A DNA stretch of 63,550 nt, counting the filler, from Choristocarpus tenellus KU-1152 (Eukaryota; Protista; Phaeophyceae), in the NCBI GenBank assembly GCA_964200185.2. It is 8 parts of 8 records of this genome, joined end to end, with 100 filler letters (N's around TTAATTAATTAA, not from the genome) between each part and the next. Parts side by side here need not be neighbours in the genome. Positions count along the whole stretch, not along the records: positions 27,526 to 39,698 come from CAXNAD020001938.1; positions 39,799 to 47,667 come from CAXNAD020005466.1; positions 47,768 to 55,264 come from CAXNAD020006069.1; 5 more parts are not named here. One strand, given 5' to 3'. Made by a program: the position numbers and the translations under genes. Positions within the stretch are counted from its first letter, which is position 1, and each line of letters begins with the position of its first letter. This document shows positions 36,850 to 48,004 of this stretch, piece by piece. The notes beneath the pieces are model-generated. The model did not search any database and was not told where the DNA came from. It was given only the letters and a program-made list of their open reading frames with translations.

Positions 36850-39210
36850 CTATTGTCGTACATTTCTCTGAAAGTAGTTCAAGATATACTTCCAGAGGTC
36901 CTGGGTTGGTGCTGCGCTTAGGAGCATCGTGCATGGACTTCGGTATATGACCCTCCAAGATTCGAAGGAGAACGAGATCGAATCTAGTTTGTCAACACTT
37001 GGCCAAAGCCTGAGATGGTGCATAGAGTATTGAGAACAAGGGGGGAGGTGCGTTATAGTGTCCAAGGAATATACAGCAGCTTTGAGAAGGATAGGGTACC
37101 CATCGCAGACCCTGGAGAATTGTTTGGAAAGGTTAGTTGAGCAGATGGAGAAGAGTTGTTTGATTGATGTATTATATTTTAGTTGTCTAAACCTTTTAGC
37201 AGACACGTTCTTTTAAACAAATAATAACACAGGTCTAATCCTCAACATGAGTACGATATACGATTCGCTGACGACTCTGACTGGTAGCAATGTATCCGGT
37301 ACCACCATCTAAATGCATAACTCATGGAATGGAAAGTGCATGAACATGGTAGTCGGACATCAAGGCAAGGTATACTGATGCATAAATCACCAAAACCTGT
37401 AACTCTGCCCGTATTTCAACAAAAAAACGAAACGAACGAAGCCCTATTTCAATTGGTGGGCGGACTCGAAATTGCATTCGTCCCCCTTCCCCCACCACTC
37501 TGTGAGCTTAGGGTATGCCTCCACAAGAAGGTGCCACAGGTTTAGGCGTGTGGAGTACCTGGTGTTCCAAGGTTCGGACTTCACGAGGCTCAAGAAGATA
37601 GCCTTCCTCGCCTGGAGTGCTTCCACGTGCTCAGGACGCAACGTGTTGCCTGGCTCCCCTCCACGATCGCCGAGCTTAACCTGTGTGGGCTGGTAGACGT
37701 AGCATTCATCCCTGAAAACAAGATAATCGACCTCTTTACCGGCCTTGATGGTCCTGAACCCATAGTCGTATGTGACTTGGGTGAGGATTTGAGTCTGCTC
37801 TCGATACTGTGAAGAAGAGGTTTTGTTGCCGATTGTAGAAGCTCGGTAACGCATGCCTCCATGAAGGCTTCAGTGATCCTCACATCGGATGCATTGCCGG
37901 AGTCGGCCGCGTCCAGTGTGACGCAATCCTCATCACCATAAGAGGACCATTCGTCGTCATCGCCATACCTCAATGTAGATGAACACGGATTTATCGCGTA
38001 TCTGCCCATTTTGGCAGAAGAGAAGACGTCTGCGAAGATGCCAGGTTCTAAAGCGCTGCCATCAGGACCACGAGGCTGTTTAGAGGGTCTTATCCGTCCC
38101 GCACCTTCTCTCACCCTCTTCTTTCTCATTAGCGTCCTTTTCCCCTTTCCTTTGCCCTTCTCGGAAGGCTTGTCCCTTGAGGTTGGGGTAGGATCGGCAT
38201 GGACAATGTTCTCACTTCGCCTCACACTATGGTCGTAGTTGTTCCCTGGCACTTGTGACTTGTCACCGCTGCTGCCCACCGAATGGGCGTTTGGGGACAT
38301 TCCGGGGTCACTCCCGACAGGCGTGGACTCTGAGTCCGTGCCTGAATGCCCACTCACGTCCTCCTGTACAAGTTCCTCTGGAAGTGACAAAGCGTCACAA
38401 TTGGATCGGTTCCCATCACCTTCAGAGTCTTCTCTCACCCTCTTCTTCCTAATTAGCGTCCTTTTTCACTTTCCTTTGCCCTTCTCGGAAGGTTTGTCCC
38501 TCGGGGTTGGGGTAGGATCGGCATGGACGCGGTTCTCACTTCGCCTCACACTATGGTCATAGGTGTTCCCTGGCACTTGTGACTCGTCGCCGACGCTGCC
38601 CACCGAATGGGCGTTCGAGGACATACATGGGTCAATCCTGACAGGTGTGGACTCTGAGTCCTTGCCTAGCCGCCCCCTCACGTCCTCCTGTGGAAGTTCC
38701 TCTGGACGCGACAAAGCATTACAAATGGGTCAGTCCCCATCGCCTTTAGAGTCGTGTTCCCAGGGTGTGATTGTATGCCTCCCCCCTTGTAGAGTCCTGC
38801 TTCCCGTACCTACTGCAGGGCTAGGCGATGGGGTATCTTGTTCCTCTTCATCACCTGGTGGGTTGGGTCTTCCACAAGGTATAGGCGTGGATACACCACC
38901 AGCTGCCGGTGTCTTCACCAGTGCAATATTGCGGATGGTCGAACCGCGAAGTGAAAGATGAAGATCAAAGGAATTTACGCGCCAACCCAGGATAGATGTC
39001 GGGAGGGCAAACATGCGCAGGTTTGTGCTTGACATAAGGCAGATAGTAATGAACGAATTTGATATGTTCTGCCGAACGGTATAGGCCATCAAATTCCAAA
39101 GCGTGGTAAGACGGTTGGGGGAGTGTGTATGTCCATTTCCGATACAAACCTTATCGGAAATGTTCCAATCGTATAGGAGCCCTTATATGTGCATATCGAA
39201 GGTGTCACCA
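36850..39210 (-). pseudogene. Disrupted gene of unknown function (S/G/D-rich region with basic NLS-like KGKGKGKR..RKKR, then a globular C-terminal part)
   Basis: Overlapping minus-strand ORFs 38730-39092, 38466-38714, 37590-38438, 37444-37854 and 36850-37206, joined by frameshifts and stops. Confidence 0.5.
38106..38750. repeat. Tandem duplication, 2 x 324 bp, frame-preserving
   Basis: ORFs 38239 and 38563 both begin FPGTCD.SP.LPTEWAF, offset by exactly 324 nt. Confidence 0.9.
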
Positions 39211-40329
39211 TGTCACCCTGGACAGACGGATGTTGTGGTGCGTGAAATTGCATCGTGGAATCTAATCTTGCTTCTATTTCGGATCAGTTTTCTGATTACT
39301 CCCAACAAATGTGACTGCAACACATGTTCCAATTTCCGAAAAATCGGTCGAATTCGCTGAAATCATTTCATATTAATGCCGTTGAATTGATTCTATGTTG
39401 AAGTCTTCGATGCGAGATGAAATCTGTAAATGGCGGATTGGGATTAGTGTTCAATATTTAAGTGATTTATTTTGGTTAGGGCTAGGGTTGGTATTATGGG
39501 TGCTGTTCGAGATATCTTAGTGGTAGGGCCGCGTCCATTTGGCGGCCGAATTCAAATGTTGCCTTTTTGCTGTAATTCTTGCCATCATTATTGTTTGGAG
39601 ATAACAGCGGATCAAGATAATGGCGGATGGATCATTTCATGGAGGATGGATTTTCCCAAAATGGTGCGCGGAAAGTGCCCATATGTTTTTTTAAGGACNN
39701 NNNNNNNNNNNNNNNNNNNNNNNNNNNNNNNNNNNNNNNNNNTTAATTAATTAANNNNNNNNNNNNNNNNNNNNNNNNNNNNNNNNNNNNNNNNNNNNCG
39801 CTGCCTGAGCTGAGAAGCCTGCATGGCAGACCTGTTACGCAGAGCACATATTGGAGCACAATCGTGGTAGGCGTGCTCATCTCGTCAGTTGCCTCCAGGA
39901 CCATCTAGCTGGTTGCTCGTGCGTCCAGTGTTTCTTTTTTTCCAAAGGTGCAGGTGCGGGTGATAGCTGTTGCTGCAGTGAGGTCCTGCGGTCGAGGCTA
40001 AGGCGCACATTTGCAGCGGTGGTGGAGTTGATGATATTGCTGATAGCCAGGACTAATAGACAGCGTTCCTGGTCATGAACGTGTCTGTAGTAAAAGACGT
40101 GTACAACAAAATGGTCGAGGCAGCGTTTTTGTCCTCATCATAAGCCGGTTCAAGACCATCAGCTTTGTCTTTCTTACATATTTCTGAGTCGGAACACATG
40201 AAGGGTACTCTGCGACTCCGGTGCAAACGTGCACCTTAGCCTCGACCGCAGGACCTCACTGCAGCAACAGCTATCACCCGCACCTGCACCTTTGGAAAAA
40301 AAGAAACACTGGACGCACGAGCAACCAGC

Positions 40330-43300
40330 TAGATGGTCCTAGAGGCAACTATCGAGATGAGCACGCCGACCACGATTGTGCTCCAAGATGTGCTCGGGGT
40401 ACCGCGTCTGCCATGCAGGCTTCTCAGCACAGGCAGCGTGCAACGCAAGGGAGGTGAGTTCGTGGACTCAGGGATCAGGACGAACTACATACAGCCCAAC
40501 AAGGAGGCAGCCAACATCCATTTGGAGGAGAAGGGAGCCTTCCTGAGCCCAGTTTCTGGTAAAAAAGGGGAAGAAGGGTTAGACAACGGTCAATGCTAGC
40601 TACGCCAATAAGCAGCAGCGTCTCTCCCTCTCCGAGTGGTGGCACAACATCATGGGTCACCTCGACCCATTCGCGATTAAGCACCTGGAGAAACGAGGCC
40701 TCCTGGACATCGTAGACGTAGATGCCACAGTCGCCTCAGAGCTCCACTGCCAGGTATGATAGGGCAAGTCCGAGGCACTCAGCTATGCACGAGGCGGCCG
40801 CAGTCCCAAGTCGGTGGGGGAGGTGATGCACACAGACCTGGAGGGACCCTTCGACCCGGACGTTACGGGCATGAAGTACTTTCAGGTGTTCGTGGACGAG
40901 GCCAGCTGGGAGAAGCGCGTGATGGGTGTCCGTACTAAGGATGCCGCAACCGCGGCCACCACCGTCTACATCGACGAAATGGCTCGAGGAGGGGTGGTGG
41001 TGAGGTGCAATCAGTGGGGATGTCGCTGGTGAGCTCGGCAGGAGCGTAAGGTTCCAGTGCATGCTGACAGAGCGGGGCGTGAAATGGAGAAAGACCCCAC
41101 CACGCACGCCCCAGAGCGACGGGATTGCTGAGCGGGCAATCAAATAGGTGATGCAAGGGGCGCGAAGTCAGCTGATCCAGGCAGGACTGGGGGAGGAGTT
41201 CTGGTTCTTCGCAGTGGCAGACGCCACATACAAGACCACATGCATCCCACACGAGAACCCGGGCGGCGAGACACCATGCGAGCGCCTGATCAGCAAGCCA
41301 TTGGACTAAAAGCGGCCCCTTGTGTTCGGGATAGAGTGCTTCGTGCACCAGACGACGCAACAGCGCGGCGTGAGTGACGCCAAGTTCCACCCTTACGCGA
41401 ATCGGGGGATCCTCGTCGGGCACGGCAGGGCCTCACTGTGCTGGCACGTGTGGAATCTGCAGGAAGGTAAGGTGGTGACCTCCGCACAAGTGAAGTTCCA
41501 ACCTGAAGCCAAACTACTGGAACTGATGGGGGAGGCAGAGCTGGACATGCTGGGGGAGTCGGATCACGACGATGCCATGAACATCAATGACGAAGATGAA
41601 GAGGAGACTTCCACAATAGCGAGCGAGACACACACGCCTGGGCATGCGGGTGGAAACATTTGACGTGGGGCTCAAGATGGAAAGCACTCAAAACAACATC
41701 AAAGTGAAGAGATTTCTCGCAGGATGGGACAACGCTGGGGCATTGAGAGGGCAGCGCAGTTACCGGCGAAGCACCTGGTCCCACACTCTGGACAGAGCGC
41801 AACTTCCTGGCTGGAGCAGCGCAAGCAGGTGGGCTACACATTCCAGCTGTACGAGCTGTAATGGAGGGAGGAAACGGTCATGAACCACTTCGTGTCAACC
41901 CCATACAGCAGAAAAAGGACGATGTGTACTGCCTTATGGGTTTAATGAGGGAGGTGACAACAGGTGCAGACGTCTACAACAAAGGAGGCCTTGAGTGGGT
42001 CGGATGCAGAGCAGTAGCAGGAGGCCATGGAGAAGGAAATGAAAGGACTATGGCAGAAGGGGACGTTTGGTGACAAGGCCCTGCCTTCCCCAAGGGAGGA
42101 AGGCGATCGAGACGGGATTCGTTTTCAAAATCAAGCGCTCCGCAGACGGGACAGTGGAATGCTATAAGGCGCGACTCGTGGCCCGCGACTTCACACAAAA
42201 CGCACGTGAGGACTTCTTCGAAGCCTTCAGCCCGGTGGTGGGGTACAACAAACTAAGGTGCGTAATATCAGTCGCAGGGTAGAGAGGTTGGAGCATCGAT
42301 CCCTGGACTTCACACAGGCCTACCACGATGCAGACCTACAGGAGGATGTCTGGCTGGAATTTCCGATGTTTATGTGCATTATAAGCTGGTATTCTATTGG
42401 TTTTTTTGGTTTGGTATCTAGCATTTTGTAACGGAAAGGTGGACTGAGTGGAATTAGTGTCACGTACTTGTTTCCTGACGTTAGAGTAACAGGTTGTCTT
42501 GGTGGGTTGTTTTTATTTCTGCCTAGTCTAAGTAGCTGATGCAGGATGATCGACCCAGGTATGACAATCTTATGACCACTGACACAGCTGCGACTGACAC
42601 AGAACGAATGCCGTAGTGCACCTAACACTGGAACGTTCTTACGTGTCTGCTCACGTGCGCAATAGATTACGAGGCAGAGCACCCCCCCACCTCGACGTAT
42701 GGTGCTGACTCCGTTAATAAATTCATTCATATCAAATAAAGCAAACACTCTGTTTGAACAGCTCTTTTGCACAGACCGCACTGTGAAGGCAGAGAAGGCA
42801 ATTTATAACCTGAAGCAGTCAGCCATGGAATCGTATCATGAGTTACGCGGCACCATTCTAGTAGAAGGGTGGACCAGCAGCCAACACGACGAGTGCCTCT
42901 ACTTCAGAAAGAGTCAAGACGGATGCATCGCCATTCTAACCACCTACGTGGACGACACTGCCACCACTGGGGATTTCACGGAGGAGATCCAGAGGATGAG
43001 GGCATCACTGCTGGAGTTGTACGAGGGACGGGACTTTGGCACGCCGGACAAGGTGATTGGAGTGGGTACAACTGTGGGTGCGGACGGCATAACCCTGGAC
43101 CAACAGCTATATGCGGAAAGCATTGTCATGGTAGGGTTGAGCTCCACGGAAGTGCGGTACACATCCAGACCATTGGACCCCAGCATGGACCTATCTCCCA
43201 GGCATCACAACGAGGAGGAACTGAATCCGACATCTACCCCTATGCCAGCATCCTCGGCCAATTCATGTTTCTAGCAGGCATGACTCGCGCGGACTGCAAC

Positions 43301-44287
43301 ACGTTCTGCGCTACGTAGCAGGCACACTGGACGTCTGCATTCACTATCGCAGGGGGAGTAAAGATATGAACGAAGTTGACGGAGAACTCTTGGTGGAGTA
43401 TGGGGATCCCGACTGGGGCACCGACTCCCAAACACGCAGGAGTGCAACAGGTTACACACTATTGTTCAAAAGATCGCTGATCGCCTGGCGCTCCAAGCTT
43501 CAAGGCGCCAATGCATTTTCCTTCGAGGCATTCTGAGGGATATCGGCGTAGTACAGGACTAGTCTCCCTGGTTCTGTGACAACCGTGGTTCTATAGGGGT
43601 GAGCAGCATTATAGGTTCAACGGGAGGACCAAGCACGTGGACATGAAGCTGTAGTGCACCAGAGAACACGTCAACCAGGGTCTGTTCCACGTAGAATACG
43701 TTCCAACATCAAAATAACTGGCTAACATTTTGACCACGTCTTTGCGCAAGAGCCTTACTTCGTATTTTGTGTATTATGTGCTTTCTTGTCGGGGGTGAGC
43801 TTTTGTCAGTAACTTTGCTGCACGCGCATGGGGAAGTGTGCAATAAAGACTGGTAGTCTATAGGTGTGCAGAATGGGGAGTGTGCACAATAAAATGTTTT
43901 AGGTTTGACAGTTCCAGCAACTCTTTCATTGCCTGCACTCTCATGGGGAGTGTGCAAAACAGAACAATAGTGAGGTCTACCTAATTTTGTGTATATGAGA
44001 TTATTGTGTTGAATTGAGTCAATGTGATGTAACTAATGAGATAGTACATCCAGATTATGTATGGGATTATGTATGGGTATTTACTCCACATTCAACTACT
44101 TTGACAAACCGTTGACTTAGGTAGGAACCACAAATAAGAATAAACAAGCAATGAGAAAACACCCCAGAAAGATCACTCTTCTAATTCAACCATGTAATGC
44201 CGTTCAGCAATGGGGAACCGTCCAAAGCTTCACACGTTCTTGTCTTCACTACAGATATATTATATTACCTCGCAAGGTAAATTGCAC
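40330..44287 (+). mobile_element. Decayed Ty1/copia retrotransposon (protease tail, GAG-pre-integrase, integrase, RT, RNase H, PPTs, 3' LTR 43951-44287)
   Basis: LQDVLGVPRL; WHNIMGH; MHTDLEGPF; TPPRTPQSDGIAER; FGIECFVH; GFVFKIKRSADGTVECYKARLVA; YNLKQS; TYVDDT; YGDPDWG..RRSATGY; RTKHVDMK. Many stops and frameshifts. The LTR is homologous to 23640-23966. Confidence 0.92.
42367..42771 (+). mobile_element. ~400-bp insertion (solo-LTR-like, TG...TGCA) interrupting the copia RT
   Basis: Splits WLE.P|..RTVKAEKAIY; the second copia copy (44730-44770) lacks it; homologous to 44290-44697 and 45523-45860. Confidence 0.75.
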
Positions 44288-44289
44288 CA

Positions 44290-44697
44290 TAGGTTCTTAT
44301 GTGTTTTGTAACCAGTATTATATAACAAAAATTTTCACTGAGTGGGTCAATTGTCAATCACTTTTCCACGTACGCTTAGGGTAATAGGTTCGAATCTCGA
44401 TCGGTTGATTCTTGTCGCTGCTTAATGTAAGTGGCTGACGAAGGACGACTGACGGAGCTAGCAGCTACGACTGATGCAAAACGAGTGTACAAGTGACGTA
44501 GAACGAGTGACATAGTACTAGTGACGCAGAACGAATGAGGAAGCGCGACTGACACAGACACCTTCTGACGTGTCTGCTGATAGGCACAATACATAACGAG
44601 GGAGAGTACCCCTTATCTCAAGGGATGGTGCTCACTCAGCTCATAAATTCAATATAACAAATACAGAAAAAACATTATTCGAACAGCTCTTTTTGCA
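44290..44697 (+). mobile_element. Second copy of the ~400-bp insertion family
   Basis: Shared cagaacgaatg..gactgacacaga..gtgtctgct..ggtgctcactc..aaattca..gaacagctcttttgca. Confidence 0.7.
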
Positions 44698-47133
44698 CCG
44701 CATCAGCCCATAGATTGCCTTCTCTACTTTACAGTGCGGCCGTCAGGAAGCTCCAGCCGGACGTCATACTATAGGTCTGCGTTTTGGTAGGCCTGTGTGA
44801 AGTCCAGGGGGTCGATGCTCCAACCTCTGTACGCTGCGACTGATATTACGCACCTTAGTTTGTTGTATCCCACCACCGGGCTCAAGGTTTCGAAGAAGTC
44901 CTTACGTGCGATTTGTGTGAAGCCGCGGGCCACGAGTCGCGCCTTACAGCATTCCACCGTCCCGTCTGCGTAGCGCTTGATTTTGAAAACGAATCCCGTC
45001 TCGATCACCTTCCTCCCTTGGGGAAGGCAGGGCCTTGTCACCAAACGTCCCCTTCTGCCATAGCTCTGCCATTTCCTTCTCCATGGCCTCCTGCTACTGC
45101 TCTGCATCCGACCCACTCAAGGCCTCCTTTGTTGTAGACAGCTCGTATGCAGTAGCCACCTCCCCTATGAGACCAATACGGCAGTACACGTCGACGTTTT
45201 TCTGCCGTATGAGGTTGACACGAAGTGGTTCATGTCCGTTTCCTCACTCCCTTCCAGCTCGTACAGCTGGAATGTGTAGCCCACCTGCTTGCGCTGCTCC
45301 AGCCGGGAAGTTGCCGGCTGTCCAGAGTGTGGGACCAGGTGCTTGGCCAGTAACTGCGCTGCCCTATCCATGCGCTGGCATTGTCCCATCCTGGGAGATA
45401 TCTCTTGACTTTAATGTTGTTTTGAGTGCTTTCCATCTTGAGCCCCACCTCAAATGTTTACGATCGCATTCCGAGTCGAGTGTGCCTCGCTCGCTATTGT
45501 GCAAGCCTCCTCTTCGCTTTTGGTGCAATATAGCCTGGTAGTCTCATGTGTTTGGTAATCACTAAAATTATACACGTTGAGTGAATAGCTTAATTGTTTA
45601 GGACTTCTTTCCGTACGCTTCGAGTAACATGTTCGAATCTCCAATAATTTACTTTCATTTCTTCTTAATGTAAGAAGCTGTCGCAAGACGACAGACAAAG
45701 ACACGACCAACGCAGAACGAATGACGTGGTGTGACTGACACAGACACACGTCCTGACTTGCTGACGTACGCAATATATAGTAAAGCGAAGCACACCTCCA
45801 TCTCTACAGATGGTGCTCACTCGGCAAAAAAATTCATCCATGAAACATAAAGTAGCCCCTTTTTCCTCACCTTCGCTATCGATGTTCATGGCATCGTCGT
45901 GATCCGACTCCCCCAGCATGTCCAGCTCTGCCTCCCCCATCAGTTCCAGTAGTTTGGCTTCAGGTTGGAACTTCACTTGTGCGGAGGTCACCACCTTACC
46001 TTCCTGCAGATTCCACACGTGCCAGCACAGTGAGGCCCTGCCGTGCCCGACGAGGATCCCCCGATTCGCGTAAGGGTGGAACTTGGCGTCACTCACGCCG
46101 CGCTGTTGCGTCGTCTGGTGCACGAAGCACTCTATCCCGAACACAAGGGGCCGCTTTTAGTCCAATGGCTTGCTGATCAGGCGCTCGCATGGTGTCTCGC
46201 CGCCCGGGTTCTCGTGTGGGATGCATGTGGTCTTGTATGTGGCGTCTGCCACTGCGAAGAACCAGAACTCCTCCCCCAGTCCTGCCTGGATCAGCTGACT
46301 TCGCGCCCCTTGCATCACCTATTTGATTGCCCGCTCAGCAATCCCGTCGCTCTGGGGCGTGCGTGGTGGGGTCTTTCTCCATTTCACGCCCCGCTCTGTC
46401 AGCATGCACTGGAACCTTACGCTCCTGCCGAGCTCACCAGCGACATCCCCACTGATTGCACCTCACCACCACCCCTCCTCGAGCCATTTCGTCGATGTAG
46501 ACGGTGGTGGCCGCGGTTGCGGCATCCTTAGTACGGACACCCATCACGCGCTTCTCCCAGCTGGCCTCGTCCACGAACACCTGAAAGTACTTCATGCCCG
46601 TAACGTCCGGGTCGAAGGGTCCCTCCAGGTCTGTGTGCATCACCTCCCCCACCGACTTGGGACTGCGGCCGCCTCGTGCATAGCTGAGTGCCTCGGACTT
46701 GCCCTATCATACCTGGCAGTGGAGCTCTGAGGCGACTGTGGCATCTACGTCTACGATGTCCAGGAGGCCTCGTTTCTCCAGGTGCTTAATCGCGAATGGG
46801 TCGAGGTGACCCATGATGTTGTGCCACCACTCGGAGAGGGAGAGACGCTGCTGCTTATTGGCGTAGCTAGCATTGACCGTTGTCTAACCCTTCTTCCCCT
46901 TTTTTACCAGAAACTGGGCTCAGGAAGGCTCCCTTCTCCTCCAAATGGATGTTGGCTGCCTCCTTGTTGGGCTGTATGTAGTTCGTCCTGATCCCTGAGT
47001 CCACGAACTCACCTCCCTTGCGTTGCACGCTGCCTGTGCTGAGAAGCCTGCATGGCAGACGCGGTACCCCGAGCACATCTTGGAGCACAATCGTGGTCGG
47101 CGTGCTCATCTCGATAGTTGCCTCTAGGACCAT
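44698..47133 (-). mobile_element. Second decayed copia copy in opposite orientation, truncated in RT
   Basis: ORF 44769-45116 (KIKRYADGTVECCKARLVARGFTQ...LDFTQAYQNADL) plus the mirrored integrase. Confidence 0.88.
45523..45860 (+). mobile_element. Third, 3'-truncated copy of the ~400-bp insertion family, inside the second copia copy
   Basis: Begins tgcaatatagcctggtag; same core motifs; absent from the first copia copy at 41590-41610. Confidence 0.65.
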
Positions 47134-48004
47134 CTAGCTGGTTGCTCGTGCGTCCAGTGTTTCTTTTTTTCCAAAGGTGCAGGTGCGGGTGATAGCTGTT
47201 GCTGCAGTGAGGTCCTGCGGTCGAGGCTAAGGTGCACGTTTGCACCGGAGTCGCAGAGTACCCTTCATGTGTTCCGACTCAGAAATATGTAAGAAAGACA
47301 AAGCTGATGGTCTTGAACCGGCTTATGATGAGGACAAAAACGCTGCCTCGACCATTTTGTTGTACACGTCTTTTACTACAGACACGTTCATGACCAGGAA
47401 CGCTGTCTATTAGTCCTGGCTATCAGCAATATCATCAACTCCACCACCGCTGCAAATGTGCGCCTTAGCCTCGACCGCAGGACCTCACTGCAGCAACAGC
47501 TATCACCCGCACCTGCACCTTTGGAAAAAAAGAAACACTGGACGCACGAGCAACCAGCTAGATGGTCCTGGAGGCAACTGACGAGATGAGCACGCCTACC
47601 ACGATTGTGCTCCAATATGTGCTCTGCGTAACAGGTCTGCCATGCAGGCTTCTCAGCTCAGGCAGCGNNNNNNNNNNNNNNNNNNNNNNNNNNNNNNNNN
47701 NNNNNNNNNNNTTAATTAATTAANNNNNNNNNNNNNNNNNNNNNNNNNNNNNNNNNNNNNNNNNNNNCAGCCACCACTTGACCCAAACTCTCACAGTTCC
47801 CACAGACCCTCACACCTACCAGTCGAAAGGAACCCGACACACAACCTGCACACCATCTACCGTGGTGCTGGTGTGTGCGGTCACCGCCACCCCCCCCATT
47901 CCCCCCACTCTGTATCTCTCCATTAACGAGGCGTTAATTCTTCTAGATTTCGCTGGAAAGGGAAAGGAGCACTCTGTGTAGTAAGTAAGGAGGAGTTAAC
48001 AACG

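Larger units (their letters stand above)
36092..39698. mobile_element. Putative large Sola2-like element (left terminus GGGTCAAAGTATCTGGGGG) with disrupted cargo ORFs; right end not resolved
   Basis: Terminus shared with 27526-27613 and 55250-55264. No transposase motif recognised, so the extent is inferred. Confidence 0.4.
39799..47667. repeat. Contig-scale inverted repeat: 39799-41585 is the reverse complement of 45881-47667
   Basis: Identical mirror-image ORF set in the ORF track. Identity ends abruptly after gccatgaacatc, and diverged homology continues (41590-42365 versus 44730-45515). Confidence 0.95.
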
